Source of the DNA: an uncultured bacterium
GTDB lineage: Bacteria > Auribacterota > Erginobacteria > Erginobacterales > Erginobacteraceae
Length of the DNA stretch: 64,000 nt
NCBI GenBank assembly: GCA_963822585.1
Contig: CAWGIE010000031.1
Span: 160,001 to 224,000, forward strand
Direction of reading: 5' to 3'
The notes beneath the pieces were generated by a model. The model saw only the letters and a list, made by a program, of their open reading frames with translations, was not told the origin of the DNA and made no database searches. The position numbers and the translations under genes are program-made. Below, piece by piece: positions 10,265 to 19,856 of this stretch (its first letter is position 1; each line of letters starts with the position of its first letter).

Positions 10265-11059
10265 ATGCCGTCATTAAAAGAAACTGTTTTGATCTTACTT
10301 AAGGAAGGGCTTTTATTTTATTTTTCCGACCCGTGCCGCTATTTTAAAATCGGGAAACAGTATAATCCCGAGTCTTTTCGCAGAACCATCAACCGACTGG
10401 AAAAAGAAGGCCTCCTCACTAAATCGAGAAAAGCGGAAAAAAATCATATCCTCCTTACGAAGCAGGGGAAAAAATTCCTGAGGGAACATCAAAAGGCGCC
10501 CCAGCATTCTCAACGCTCCTGGGATGAAAAGTGGAGACTGGTTATATTCGATATCCCCGAATCAAAACGCAAACTGAGGAACTATCTGCGACAGTATCTG
10601 ATCACATTCGGTTTTGCGAAAGTGCAAAGAAGCATCTGGATTTCCCCTCACGATCATAGGGAAGCTATCAGCAGGTATGCCGAAAAGCTGGGGCTCTCCG
10701 ATTACATCTTTCAGATAACGGCCGATAGTTTCCATGGATTAAGTACGGAAGCATTGGCGCAAACTTTCTGGAATCTCACCGAGATTCATAACCAATATCT
10801 AAAACTGATTAAAAAATATCAAAAGAAACAAAAGGAACTATGCGAATTGGGTGAGAAAACACCAAAGGACAGAGCAATCCTGAGGGAAATCGTCAAAGAG
10901 CATTTGCTCTGGGATTATCAATCCATCCGTTCCCGCGACCCTGAGCTTCCCCCTGAATTCCTTCCCGATGATTGGGGCGGTGAAAAGGCCAGGAAATTCA
11001 TTGCTGCTTTCCCGGGAAACAAGAAGGGCCAGTGGAGTTATGCCGGTTCAGCGAATTGA
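10265..11059 (+). CDS. PaaX-family-like regulator (wHTH + Cas2-like ferredoxin fold + PaaX C-terminal domain)
   Basis: TINRLEKEGLL...LTKQG (wHTH); WDEKWRLVIFDIPE..RKLR.YLR...GF..VQRSIWISP; DPELPPEFLPDDWGG (PaaX_C-like). Confidence 0.85.
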   Translation: MPSLKETVLILLKEGLLFYFSDPCRYFKIGKQYNPESFRRTINRLEKEGLLTKSRKAEKNHILLTKQGKKFLREHQKAPQHSQRSWDEKWRLVIFDIPESKRKLRNYLRQYLITFGFAKVQRSIWISPHDHREAISRYAEKLGLSDYIFQITADSFHGLSTEALAQTFWNLTEIHNQYLKLIKKYQKKQKELCELGEKTPKDRAILREIVKEHLLWDYQSIRSRDPELPPEFLPDDWGGEKARKFIAAFPGNKKGQWSYAGSAN

Positions 11060-11075
11060 ATTCCCTGGCTCAATC

Positions 11076-11109
11076 GGACAAAATTATGACGATCGTCTAA
11101 ATTTTGTCC
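11076..11109. promoter_or_regulatory. 34-bp palindrome downstream of PaaX-like gene 1
   Basis: GGACAA-AATTATG-ACGATCGT-CTAAATT-TTGTCC, 16 bp after the stop codon. Confidence 0.7.
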
Positions 11110-11360
11110 CAGCGTGCCCGCTGGGCTTCATGTAACCGGGGGACGGCGTTCCCAGACAGCTGATAAATATTTCAGTGATCACGGGTCTTAATTCTTCTTC
11201 TTTTCTACCGGGGAAAAGAGCCCCGGAGGATTAAATTGAGGCAGCTAACCACCTCATTGACAGAGCATGTCTTTCTGTTATCCTCCAATAATAACCCGCT
11301 ACGTTCAAACAGCCGCCGGATGACGTGGCGCCATATTTCCGGCCTGGATATTGAATTAGA

Positions 11361-13682
11361 TTGATCTCATTATCGACTAAATTTGATCGATGGGCCCTGG
11401 TCCTGATTTTACTGTTGGGAGCGGTGCTCTTCCTGGTCTGGGCCCGGTTTCCCGAATACAAGTCCTTTGCCCAGGGAGATCCTTATCTCGACGCCAATCA
11501 GTATCTTCCCGGGAAGAACTTCGCCGAAAGAGGCTTTTGTAAAGAATACTTCCTGGCCGATTATGCCAGCGGGCCGGAAGAATGCTACCCGCTCTGGTAC
11601 ACCCACAATCCCCCGCTCTCGGAGATTTTAAGCGGATTGTACTACGGGTTCGGATTGAGGGGGATTTTCCAACAACGGATAATCGCTATCCTCTGGAACC
11701 TGCTCGGGTCCTGGTTCTTCTACCTTCTCATCAAACGGCTCTCCTCCCCCAGGACGGCCCTGATCAGCCTGGCGGTGCTGATCAGCAACCCCTTTTACAT
11801 CGCCTGGGGGGATAACCTCTTCATCAATCATCAGTGGGCTTTTGCCTTCGCGAGCATGTACTTCTTCCTCCGGTCCGCCGATTCGGCGGACGATCGGAAA
11901 GAAGGCACCGGCGGGGATGCTCGTCATGCGAGATTTTTCCTCGGTCTGAGCACCCTCTTTTTCTTCCTCCTCTGCTATTCTAACTACGAGTATGTCCCCT
12001 TCGTCGCCCTCTTCTTCATCGGGGTCAAACTGCTCAAATTGCGGAAAGTCTCCTGGCCGTGGATCTGCTTCATCCTGGGTACGGGGTTGGCCGCTGTCGG
12101 CATTCACCAAATCTGCATCATCCGGGCGGTAGGCCTGAATACCTGGCTGCTGGATAAAACCGAATCCCTTCTTCACCGGACCGGCCTGGGGGTGACATCG
12201 CTGATGGACCTTTATCGGTCGGCGCCCCTCTTGATGTGGGAGGAACAGGCGCGCCTGCATGGCACCTACACGCTCTCGACCTACTGGAAAGGGTTTTACT
12301 GGCACCTTGAAAACCTCTTCGGAATCGGCTGGGCGCCGATTTTGGCGTCGGTCTGCGTCTTCAGGCGGTTCATCCTCCCGGGGGACCCCGAGCAGAGGAA
12401 GAAGATCTTCCGCGCCGTGATCCTCTTCTTCGTGATGAGCGTCTTCTGGTTTCTAGCCTTCGTCCAGCATACCGCCGATCACCAGTGGGGATCCACCGTC
12501 CTCCTTTTCGGCCCTTTTGCCGCTTTCCTTTACGGAGCGGTCCTCGACGGCCTTTATCTCAATTTCGTCCGGCGGGATAACCGGGCCCGGAAAACGATCG
12601 GCCTGATCGCGATCGCGACCGTGCTGGCCGGACTGATCGGGGGAAGAGTGGTGAATTATCATCCCTTCCGTGCCTACCCTGGTATCTCCGCCCTGAAAAA
12701 ATACCGGGGAAAAATCCTGTTGACCAGCTCCATCCCGACACTTGTCTCCACCTATACCGGTCAGCCGACCGGATGGCTGGGGAGCAACCATCCCGCGCTT
12801 ATGTTCAGCCGGTCCCGGTACCTGGTCAACCCCCGATGTACGCTTCCCCTGAAACCTGAATTTTTCTTCTCTCCCCGGCATCCGGAAGACCCCGCTTTCG
12901 CCCAGGAGATTGACTCCTGGCTGGAAAAACGTTTTCCGGTCGAGGAAAAGGGCGCCGGCTTCACGATCTTCAACCTGCAAAGGCCGATCGGGGAAGCGGG
13001 CCCCGATTTCGTGGATCGTCAGCGGTATCGGGAAATTCGGCGTGATCTGCCGCGGGCGGTCGCGGCGCGATTGGACGAACCCGGACAACCCCTCCTTCAC
13101 CGGGACCGGTCTTCACAGTCTCTTACAGGCGAATCGGGGATCGCGGATTGGATTGCCCGGAATCTCTCCGGCGCTGTGGAGGAGGAGAAAAACACCGCCC
13201 CGGTTGCCGTCAGACCGATCAGCGGCAACCTGTTCTTACCCCCGAGCCTTCTCGGCGGAAGCTCCCAGATCGAAGGCGAACGACCGGTCGAGAACCTCCT
13301 CCTGCCCGCGCCGGAGATGTACTGGCACGTCTCTCTGGACAAGATCGGCGAACCGGCCTGGGTCACGGTTGATTTGGGCGAGGATCGGAGGCTGGCCATC
13401 AATTTCATCAGAACGCGGCCGCGGCCGGATATTAGGGAACAGTATTTCAAAACCGCCGTTATTCAGGGAAGTCAAGACGGCGCTCATTGGAATGATATCG
13501 CCGCGATCATTGAAGATGAGGTCCCCTCCTCCGCTGACTGGAGAGGATGGGTTTTTGAAAATGAAACCCCCTATCGTTTTTACCGTCTCTTCATCATTGA
13601 TGGCCATGAAGTAAACGGCGCCTTTTATTCGCTGGGAGCTCTCGAGATGTACCGGGTTAAAATCATCCGGCCGGAATCCTGA
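11361..13682 (+). CDS. ArnT/PMT-like (GT-C) membrane glycosyltransferase with C-terminal discoidin-like domain
   Basis: YTHNPPL loop motif, many TM segments; C-terminus YWHVSLDKIGEPAWVTVDLGE matches the two 195-aa proteins. Confidence 0.7.
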   Translation: MISLSTKFDRWALVLILLLGAVLFLVWARFPEYKSFAQGDPYLDANQYLPGKNFAERGFCKEYFLADYASGPEECYPLWYTHNPPLSEILSGLYYGFGLRGIFQQRIIAILWNLLGSWFFYLLIKRLSSPRTALISLAVLISNPFYIAWGDNLFINHQWAFAFASMYFFLRSADSADDRKEGTGGDARHARFFLGLSTLFFFLLCYSNYEYVPFVALFFIGVKLLKLRKVSWPWICFILGTGLAAVGIHQICIIRAVGLNTWLLDKTESLLHRTGLGVTSLMDLYRSAPLLMWEEQARLHGTYTLSTYWKGFYWHLENLFGIGWAPILASVCVFRRFILPGDPEQRKKIFRAVILFFVMSVFWFLAFVQHTADHQWGSTVLLFGPFAAFLYGAVLDGLYLNFVRRDNRARKTIGLIAIATVLAGLIGGRVVNYHPFRAYPGISALKKYRGKILLTSSIPTLVSTYTGQPTGWLGSNHPALMFSRSRYLVNPRCTLPLKPEFFFSPRHPEDPAFAQEIDSWLEKRFPVEEKGAGFTIFNLQRPIGEAGPDFVDRQRYREIRRDLPRAVAARLDEPGQPLLHRDRSSQSLTGESGIADWIARNLSGAVEEEKNTAPVAVRPISGNLFLPPSLLGGSSQIEGERPVENLLLPAPEMYWHVSLDKIGEPAWVTVDLGEDRRLAINFIRTRPRPDIREQYFKTAVIQGSQDGAHWNDIAAIIEDEVPSSADWRGWVFENETPYRFYRLFIIDGHEVNGAFYSLGALEMYRVKIIRPES

Positions 13683-13690
13683 TTATTTTA

Positions 13691-13804
13691 CTGTTTTGGA
13701 ATTTCAATAATGTAGTGTGAAGTGAAAGGTGAAAAGTGGAAATTCCATCACACTTTACACTTTAAACTTTACACTGCAAGTTGCGCCGCAGGCGCTAACT
13801 TGCT
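13691..13804 (+). mobile_element. Short element with conserved ends and an inverted heptamer-repeat core
   Basis: TTGGAATTTCAATAA-[GTAGTGTGAAGTGAAAGG...CACTTTACACTTTAAACTTTACACTGC]-AAGTTGCGCCGCAGGCGCTAACTTGCT; near-copy at 17379-17490. Confidence 0.65.
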
Positions 13805-13813
13805 AAAGACCTC

Positions 13814-16800
13814 ATGATAAAAACCAAAACAATTTCAGTGCTTTTCCCGGTTGCGATCATTGTTCTCCTGGTCGCTCTGGCTTACGGCAATGTCGTCTTT
13901 CTCGGCCGTTCCCTCAATCCCGTCCTCCTGATTCCGCCGGACGACATCAAGCTCTCCACCGGCTATGCCGATATCATCGGAACGGATTCCGCCACCCACG
14001 GCTGGCAGGTCGACCTGGCCAATCCCGCCTACCTGGAATGGCCGGTCAATATTTTTATCGGGCGGTCTCTCAAGGGCGGCCATATTCCTCTGGTTCTGCC
14101 CGATCAAAATCTGGGGGTCCCCCTGATCGGTCAGTACTGCCACCGGGTTCTCTCCCCCTATCAGATAGTCGAGAACCTCTTCTTCCCCCGGGGATATAAT
14201 TTTTTTCTCCTCCTCCGTCTGGCACTGGCCGGGATCTTCACCTACCTCTTTGTCCGACCGCTCTGCCGGCGGAAAGAGTCGGCCCTGCTGGCGGCCGTCG
14301 GGTTCGGTCTCGGAAGCACCATGGTCATCTACTCCAACCATGAAGAAGTTTCCAATGTGGCGATGATGCTTCCCCTGCTGATGTGGGCGACCCGCGCTCT
14401 CTTTGACCGACCCGGTATCGGCCGGGCCTGCTGGCTGGCTCTGGCTCTGGCGATGGTCCACACCGCGGGCCAGCCGGAGATCCAGCTTTACGTCCTTTTC
14501 CTGACTTTTCTCTACGGATGCGTGCGGCTGCTTTCTCGCCCGGCCGGGGACCGGTTACGCCCCTTCGCCTACAGCCTGGCGGCGATGATACTAAGCGGAA
14601 TCATTGCCGCCCCCCAGATATACCTCTTTCTCCGCTTCCACAGCGAAGCCTGGACCTTTCACCCCCCGGGCGGCAACCTGGGACTCCAGTCGCCGATGGA
14701 ACGGGCCAATTTTCTCTTCGCCTTTTTCCCCAAGCTCCGCCAGACCCCCTGGGTATGGTCATACCGGACCATTAATCTTCTCTGGGATTGGGTCGGCGGC
14801 TATTTCGGTCTGGGACTCCTCTTTTTGGCGGCCGCGGCGGCCGGAAGACCGCGCCGGAACCGGAGGGAGATCGCCCTTTTCGGCTGTTACTTCCTTTTCA
14901 TCCTGGCCAAGAATCTCGGCTGGAGCCCCGCCCAGATGATCGGCATCCTCCCTTTCTTTGATCAGACCTGGACGCCGCGATGGGCGGCCGCCACCTGGAG
15001 TTTCGCCCTGGCCGTCCTGGCCGCGCTGGGCCTGGATAATATCCTGGACGGACCGCCCCCGGCGGCCACGGCCGCAATGCCGAACCCTGTCGCAAAAACC
15101 GGAAAACGGGCAACCCTCCTGGCCAATCCTTTCTTCTCTTCAGCGCTCCTCTTTGCCGATATTATCCTGATCAGCGTATGCTGGCGGCAGGGGATTATTC
15201 ACTGGCGGGCCGAACATCTCCGGGAGTTTGTCCTCTTCAACGGGCTGCTTTTCCTCCTCCTGGCGGCAGGAGCCTTCTTGCTCTGGCATCTTCTCCCCCT
15301 GCCGGTCCGGAGATCTCTGCGCGATGGTGCCGGGATGATTCGCCGGGCTTTCCGGGAGAAGCAGCTCTCCCTGATCGCTCTTCTCTCCGCCGTTGCCGCC
15401 GGGGCCCTGCAACTGATCCCGCTTAAACAGTACTTTTCCCCCTTCGGTTCTCAGCTTCCTGAGAACCTCTATCTTTCCGCTTCCGCCGCCAGCGTCTCCT
15501 ACCTTTTCGCCGCCCCTCTTTTTCTGGCCGCCCTCTCCGGTCTCTTTTTGATGGCGGCTTCACCATCTCGTCCCTGGGCAGTCGTCTTCTCCGCGGTCGC
15601 CATCCCCTCAGTTATTGTCAGCGGATGGGTCCAGTTGCCCCCGGAGCCGATCCCGATCATCTACGGGGGGATTTTTATCCTGGCGGTGGCCGCTCTCTCT
15701 GTCTTTAAAACCAGACCGCGCCTCCTACGGATGTTTCTCCCTTCTCTCTCCTTCCCCCTCCTTTTCGGCCTGGCGGCCTTTGTCCTGGCCAAGCCCGTGG
15801 TCGCCGATCCCCGATTCAACTGGCTGATCCGGTTTCATGGATATTACGCCATATTCATGCTCGCCGTCTTCTCCGGCGTGCGGCTCTGGGCCCAACGGGG
15901 GGGAACCGGATGTGGATGGTTCTTCCTCATCCTGATCTGGATGGAACTGACTATCTACATACCGAAGAATCATGCTGACCGGTTCCTGCTGATCGACGCC
16001 ATTCCCTTCCTGATCGCCGTCCTGACGTTTCTGGGATTTGCCGCCCATTTCCGGCGCGGCATCTTATCCGGAAAGCAGATCACGGTCTGTATCCTGACCA
16101 TCATCATCCTCTGCGGCGCGACTCTGCTCATTATCGATCGCTACGCGCCCGGGCAACTCCCCGCGAGGTGCACCCCGGATGAACCGCTTCCCTATGTCAA
16201 ATATCTCCAAGATAAAAAACGGGGCTCTATTGTCGGATTCGGGAGGGTTCTGACCCCCAATTTCGCCTCCGCGCATCATCTCCTCGATGTGCGGGGATGC
16301 GTCTCCATGAATACCACCGCCTACCAGTTTTTCATCGAGAACATCCTCCAGGCGGTCCCCCGGGGAACAAGTTATTCTCTCTGGTTCACCGGTGATAACT
16401 CTCCCCAAGGAGGAGGAGGCACCCCCTACGCGAGTTCGATGAGGAGTCAGATCACTGCCTTTAGGAAGGCCTTCCCCTTCTATATGCTTTCTTCGGTGCG
16501 CCATGTCATCTGCCCGCCGGGTGCTCTCGATTCCGTCGGGGATGAATATAGTAAAATGATGCGGAAGGTCTACCGGGATGAAGTGGATATATGGGAGATA
16601 CCGGCCCTCCCTCCCGCTTACATCGCCCATAAAGCGGATGTCATCTCGATGCTCTCCGACACCCGGCGCTGGGGAACGACAATTGTCAATAGCAAAGAGA
16701 TCATGCGGGGGGAACGTGTTGTCCTGGAGGACAAGCCGAGTCCCTCTCTTTCCGAGAGCGACCCCGCCTCCTCCGACCGGGCCCTTTTACTATTCGGAGA

Positions 16801-17086
16801 GGATCCTAACCATTTTCAGATCCGTTTCTATTCGGAGCGCCCCGGTTACATAGTCGTTACCCGCGCATATACCAACCTGCTGCGGGCATACATCAACGGC
16901 GAAGAGATCCCTGTTCTTCAAGCTAACGGTCCCTTTATCGCCCTGCCGGTTTCCGGAAGCGACCAGGAGCGGATCGTCGAACTTACCTATCTTTCCCCGC
17001 CCGCGAAAACCTCTTTTGAGATCGGTTTTCTGGGACTGCTCTCTGTCATGGGACTTCTCTTGTTTGCTGTCCTAAAGAGAAAGTGA
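13814..17086 (+). CDS. YfhO-like large membrane protein (putative GT-C glycosyltransferase)
   Basis: G.IPL..P...LG.PL, HTAGQPE, many TMs, C-terminal PGYIVV...LRAYINGEEIPVLQANG.F.AL.V...IVELTY and a final TM, as in YfhO-family proteins. Confidence 0.75.
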   Translation: MIKTKTISVLFPVAIIVLLVALAYGNVVFLGRSLNPVLLIPPDDIKLSTGYADIIGTDSATHGWQVDLANPAYLEWPVNIFIGRSLKGGHIPLVLPDQNLGVPLIGQYCHRVLSPYQIVENLFFPRGYNFFLLLRLALAGIFTYLFVRPLCRRKESALLAAVGFGLGSTMVIYSNHEEVSNVAMMLPLLMWATRALFDRPGIGRACWLALALAMVHTAGQPEIQLYVLFLTFLYGCVRLLSRPAGDRLRPFAYSLAAMILSGIIAAPQIYLFLRFHSEAWTFHPPGGNLGLQSPMERANFLFAFFPKLRQTPWVWSYRTINLLWDWVGGYFGLGLLFLAAAAAGRPRRNRREIALFGCYFLFILAKNLGWSPAQMIGILPFFDQTWTPRWAAATWSFALAVLAALGLDNILDGPPPAATAAMPNPVAKTGKRATLLANPFFSSALLFADIILISVCWRQGIIHWRAEHLREFVLFNGLLFLLLAAGAFLLWHLLPLPVRRSLRDGAGMIRRAFREKQLSLIALLSAVAAGALQLIPLKQYFSPFGSQLPENLYLSASAASVSYLFAAPLFLAALSGLFLMAASPSRPWAVVFSAVAIPSVIVSGWVQLPPEPIPIIYGGIFILAVAALSVFKTRPRLLRMFLPSLSFPLLFGLAAFVLAKPVVADPRFNWLIRFHGYYAIFMLAVFSGVRLWAQRGGTGCGWFFLILIWMELTIYIPKNHADRFLLIDAIPFLIAVLTFLGFAAHFRRGILSGKQITVCILTIIILCGATLLIIDRYAPGQLPARCTPDEPLPYVKYLQDKKRGSIVGFGRVLTPNFASAHHLLDVRGCVSMNTTAYQFFIENILQAVPRGTSYSLWFTGDNSPQGGGGTPYASSMRSQITAFRKAFPFYMLSSVRHVICPPGALDSVGDEYSKMMRKVYRDEVDIWEIPALPPAYIAHKADVISMLSDTRRWGTTIVNSKEIMRGERVVLEDKPSPSLSESDPASSDRALLLFGEDPNHFQIRFYSERPGYIVVTRAYTNLLRAYINGEEIPVLQANGPFIALPVSGSDQERIVELTYLSPPAKTSFEIGFLGLLSVMGLLLFAVLKRK

Positions 17087-17328
17087 CTTTATGCTTTTTA
17101 GACTACGTCACATAAATCCGATTTGAGTTATTATTTTATATATTTTTAATATATTTAGCTCATATTTTAAATAATATCATTCTTCATACCCCGATTAATG
17201 CTTCTGAAGACCGAAAAAATAATAATACCTAAGCATTAGAACGACATTAGATGAATATTTTATATTAATTTGTGTAATTTCTCCAGGATCAAGATATAAT
17301 TATGGGCAAATTTGTAGTTTCTTCAGAT

Positions 17329-17583
17329 GCCCGAGCCTCGATAAATCGGGGTAGACTGCGCGAGGGCTAGGTTCCAGCTTCGGAATTTTAATAACGTAGT
17401 GTGAAATGAAAGGTGGAAAGTGTAAAATTTCATTACACTTTACACTTTAAACTTTACACTACAAGTTGCGCCGGAGGCGCTAACTTGCTGTTTCGGAATT
17501 TCAATAAATCGGGCCGACACAGCGGTCGGCACCTACGTAGGGGAGGGCCGCCGTGCCCTCCCTCAGTTGCGAAGCTAAGTTCT
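17329..17583 (+). mobile_element. Tandem array of short conserved-end elements (heptamer core, then GTAG-type REP core)
   Basis: TTCGGAATTTTAATAA (17379) - core - AAGTTGCGCCGGAGGCGCTAACTT (17463-17486) - TTCGGAATTTCAATAA (17492) - gggccgacacagcggtcggcacctac/gtaggggagggccgccgtgccctccc - agttgcgaagctaagtt. Confidence 0.65.
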
Positions 17584-19410
17584 ATGCGCTTACCAGTTCT
17601 CAATGATAATACCAAGATTATCCTATCTCTGCTCCTTCTGATCGGCGCCGGGATAGCGGCCTATGGCAATAGCTTTTCCGGAGCGTTTGTCTTCGATGAT
17701 GTCAAGGCGATTGTTGAGAACACCCACCTATGGCGGTTGTTGCCTCTGCAAGAATCTCTCACCGGACCCTGGGACAGCGCCGTACGGGACCGGCCGATTG
17801 TCAGCCTTACCCTGGCGTTGAATTATGCAGCCGGGGGATTGCGTACCGGGGGGTATCATCTTTTTAATCTGGCCGTTCATATCATTGCCGGGTTGACCCT
17901 TTTCGGCCTCTTACGCCGCACCTTTCTCAGTCCCGTCCTCTCGAACCGTTATCACCGGGCATCCGTTGGCTTGTCCCTGGCGATTTCTCTGATCTGGATT
18001 GTCCATCCCTTGCAGACGGGAAGCGTTACGTACATCATCCAACGCAGTGAATCACTGGGCGCTCTTTTTTATCTTCTCACTCTCTACTTTTTTGCCCGGG
18101 GACAGGCCGGCCGGCGCCCCCGTTTCTGGTTTGTCCTCTCCGTTCTCGCCTGCGCTTTCGGGATGGGGACAAAGGCGATGATGATCACGGCTCCCCTGCT
18201 GGTGCTGGCTTACGATGCCGTCTTTTGCTCTCGATCCCTCCGGAAGGCCATAACCGATCACCGCATTCTTTACCTGGCGCTGGCGGGGACCTGGATCATA
18301 GAGGCAGCGATCGTCTTCTCTACCCGGTATGACGATCTGAAAGGGCTGAGCACGCTGGCGTATCTTTTCACCCAGCCCGGTGTGATCTGCCACTACCTTT
18401 GGCTCTCTTTCTGGCCCCATCCCCTCTGTCTCGATTACGGCTGGCCTCTGAGCCGGAGCGTGGCGGGGATCCTTCTCCCTTCCCTGGCGGTGGGTATACT
18501 TTTATCCGCGGTTATTTTCAGCCTTTACAAGCGCCCGGCACTGGGTTTTTTAGGGATCTGGTTTTTTCTTATTCTCGCTCCCACGTCAAGCATTCTTCCT
18601 CTGGAAGACCCCGCTTTTGAGCACCGGATGTATCTGCCCCTGGCGGCGGTGATTACCGGGTGCATGGTGGGGATCTTTGAGCTGCTGCGGAAGATCTCTA
18701 CCGTGATCATCCGGATCGGCGCGGCGGTGATCCTCCTGACGGCGGTGTCGTTGCTTTTCATCGCCCTCACCCGGGACCGTAATCGGATCTACCGGGATCC
18801 TCTCTTACTCTGGGAAGACGTGATGGTTCAACGGCCTGGCCACGCCCGTGCTCATTACAATTATGGACTGGAGCTGATCAAGAGGGGACGGAGGGAAGAA
18901 GCCATCCGGGAATATCGGGCAGCGGTCTCCCTCAAACCAGACTACGCTGATGCCTATAATAATTTGGGCGCGGCCGTGGCGGAAAAAGGCGAGTTCCTGC
19001 GGGCGATCGCCTACTACACCAGGGCCCTGGAGAAGCAGCCTGATTTCTGGAGAGCCCGTTACAACATGGGTATCGCTTTTCTTGCTCTCGGAAAAGAAAA
19101 AGAAGCCCTGGCCTGTTTCAGCAGGGTTCTCGATCAGCAACCGGACTGCGCCCCGGCTTTTTACCAGGAGGCAATTCTTTTCGCCAAGCAGGGGAAACGA
19201 GGCCGGGCGATCGTATATTATCGGCAGGCTGTCGCCCTGAATCCGGAATACCGACAGGCAATGCTCAACTACGGGGTCGAACTGGCCAACAGCGGCGAGC
19301 GGGAATCCGCTCTTCTCTGCTTTAAATCCCTTCTCTCGATATTTCCGAAATATCAACCCGCTCTGGAGGCGCTGCGAGTAGTGCAGCATGATCTAAAAAA
19401 TACCCGATAA
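17584..19410 (+). CDS. TMTC-like GT-C membrane protein with C-terminal TPR repeats (putative protein O-glycosyltransferase)
   Basis: FVFDD, RPIVSLT, HPLQTGSVTYIIQRSE, WPHPLCLDY, EHRMYLP, then TPRs (AHYNYG, AYNNLG, ARYNMG). Start moved to ATG 17584 because the upstream extension is repeat DNA. Confidence 0.85.
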   Translation: MRLPVLNDNTKIILSLLLLIGAGIAAYGNSFSGAFVFDDVKAIVENTHLWRLLPLQESLTGPWDSAVRDRPIVSLTLALNYAAGGLRTGGYHLFNLAVHIIAGLTLFGLLRRTFLSPVLSNRYHRASVGLSLAISLIWIVHPLQTGSVTYIIQRSESLGALFYLLTLYFFARGQAGRRPRFWFVLSVLACAFGMGTKAMMITAPLLVLAYDAVFCSRSLRKAITDHRILYLALAGTWIIEAAIVFSTRYDDLKGLSTLAYLFTQPGVICHYLWLSFWPHPLCLDYGWPLSRSVAGILLPSLAVGILLSAVIFSLYKRPALGFLGIWFFLILAPTSSILPLEDPAFEHRMYLPLAAVITGCMVGIFELLRKISTVIIRIGAAVILLTAVSLLFIALTRDRNRIYRDPLLLWEDVMVQRPGHARAHYNYGLELIKRGRREEAIREYRAAVSLKPDYADAYNNLGAAVAEKGEFLRAIAYYTRALEKQPDFWRARYNMGIAFLALGKEKEALACFSRVLDQQPDCAPAFYQEAILFAKQGKRGRAIVYYRQAVALNPEYRQAMLNYGVELANSGERESALLCFKSLLSIFPKYQPALEALRVVQHDLKNTR

Positions 19411-19543
19411 AGGGAAGAAATTCCCAAAAACTTCCTTCTTGCCCGGCAAATACTGCCCACTGCCTTTTGAAGCATCATCCGTTTTGATCTTTCGGAAAAT
19501 GTATTCGGCGTCACGGGAACGTAATTACGATGACATTAAAAGT

Positions 19544-19559
19544 TGGCATATATTTTGCA
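19544..19559 (+). promoter_or_regulatory. Candidate sigma54 -24/-12 promoter
   Basis: TGGCAT-ATATT-TTGCA with canonical GG-N10-GC spacing, in AT-rich DNA upstream of the fibre-like gene. Confidence 0.45.
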
Positions 19560-19596
19560 TGGCAATCAGATAAATAAAGATTAATCGGTCCAGCCA

Positions 19597-19637
19597 TTGA
19601 CATCAGGTATGGTTGTGTTATCTTTATTGTACGGAGG
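19597..19637 (+). promoter_or_regulatory. Candidate sigma70-type promoter plus a motif shared with 28263-28304
   Basis: TTGACA-N16-TATCTT with TG extension, overlapping TCTTTATTGTACGGAGG. Confidence 0.5.
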
Positions 19638-19856
19638 AGTAGGTAAAACTATTTTTCAGATTACTTCTTGCGGCACAAAACAATAAGGATTTTTGCCAGC
19701 AGGACGCTCAAAAGGGGAAAAGCATCCTCTGCTCTGACTGGCGGCCGCGAAATTTCAATAAATATTTATAAGGATGACAACTGCGGGCTCCGGCCCGCGC
19801 AATATGCCCTAACTTCATAATAGTTCATAACCAATCTCCATTTCGAGGAGGAGAAA

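Noticed and set aside
10265..11059. cas2 / CRISPR system
   Set aside because: The Cas2-like segment is the middle domain of a PaaX-like protein; no cas1 and no repeat-spacer array seen.
13691..17583. CRISPR array or integron attC array
   Set aside because: At most two tandem units, cores are repeated palindromes rather than unique spacers, and there is no integrase or clear attC box layout.
17413..17583. N-terminal extension of the TMTC-like ORF
   Set aside because: Translates intergenic repeat DNA; ATG 17584 precedes the first TM helix.
19670..19800. Riboswitch in the fibre gene leader
   Set aside because: A possible stem exists but I could not match any known aptamer consensus; needs an Rfam/Infernal search.
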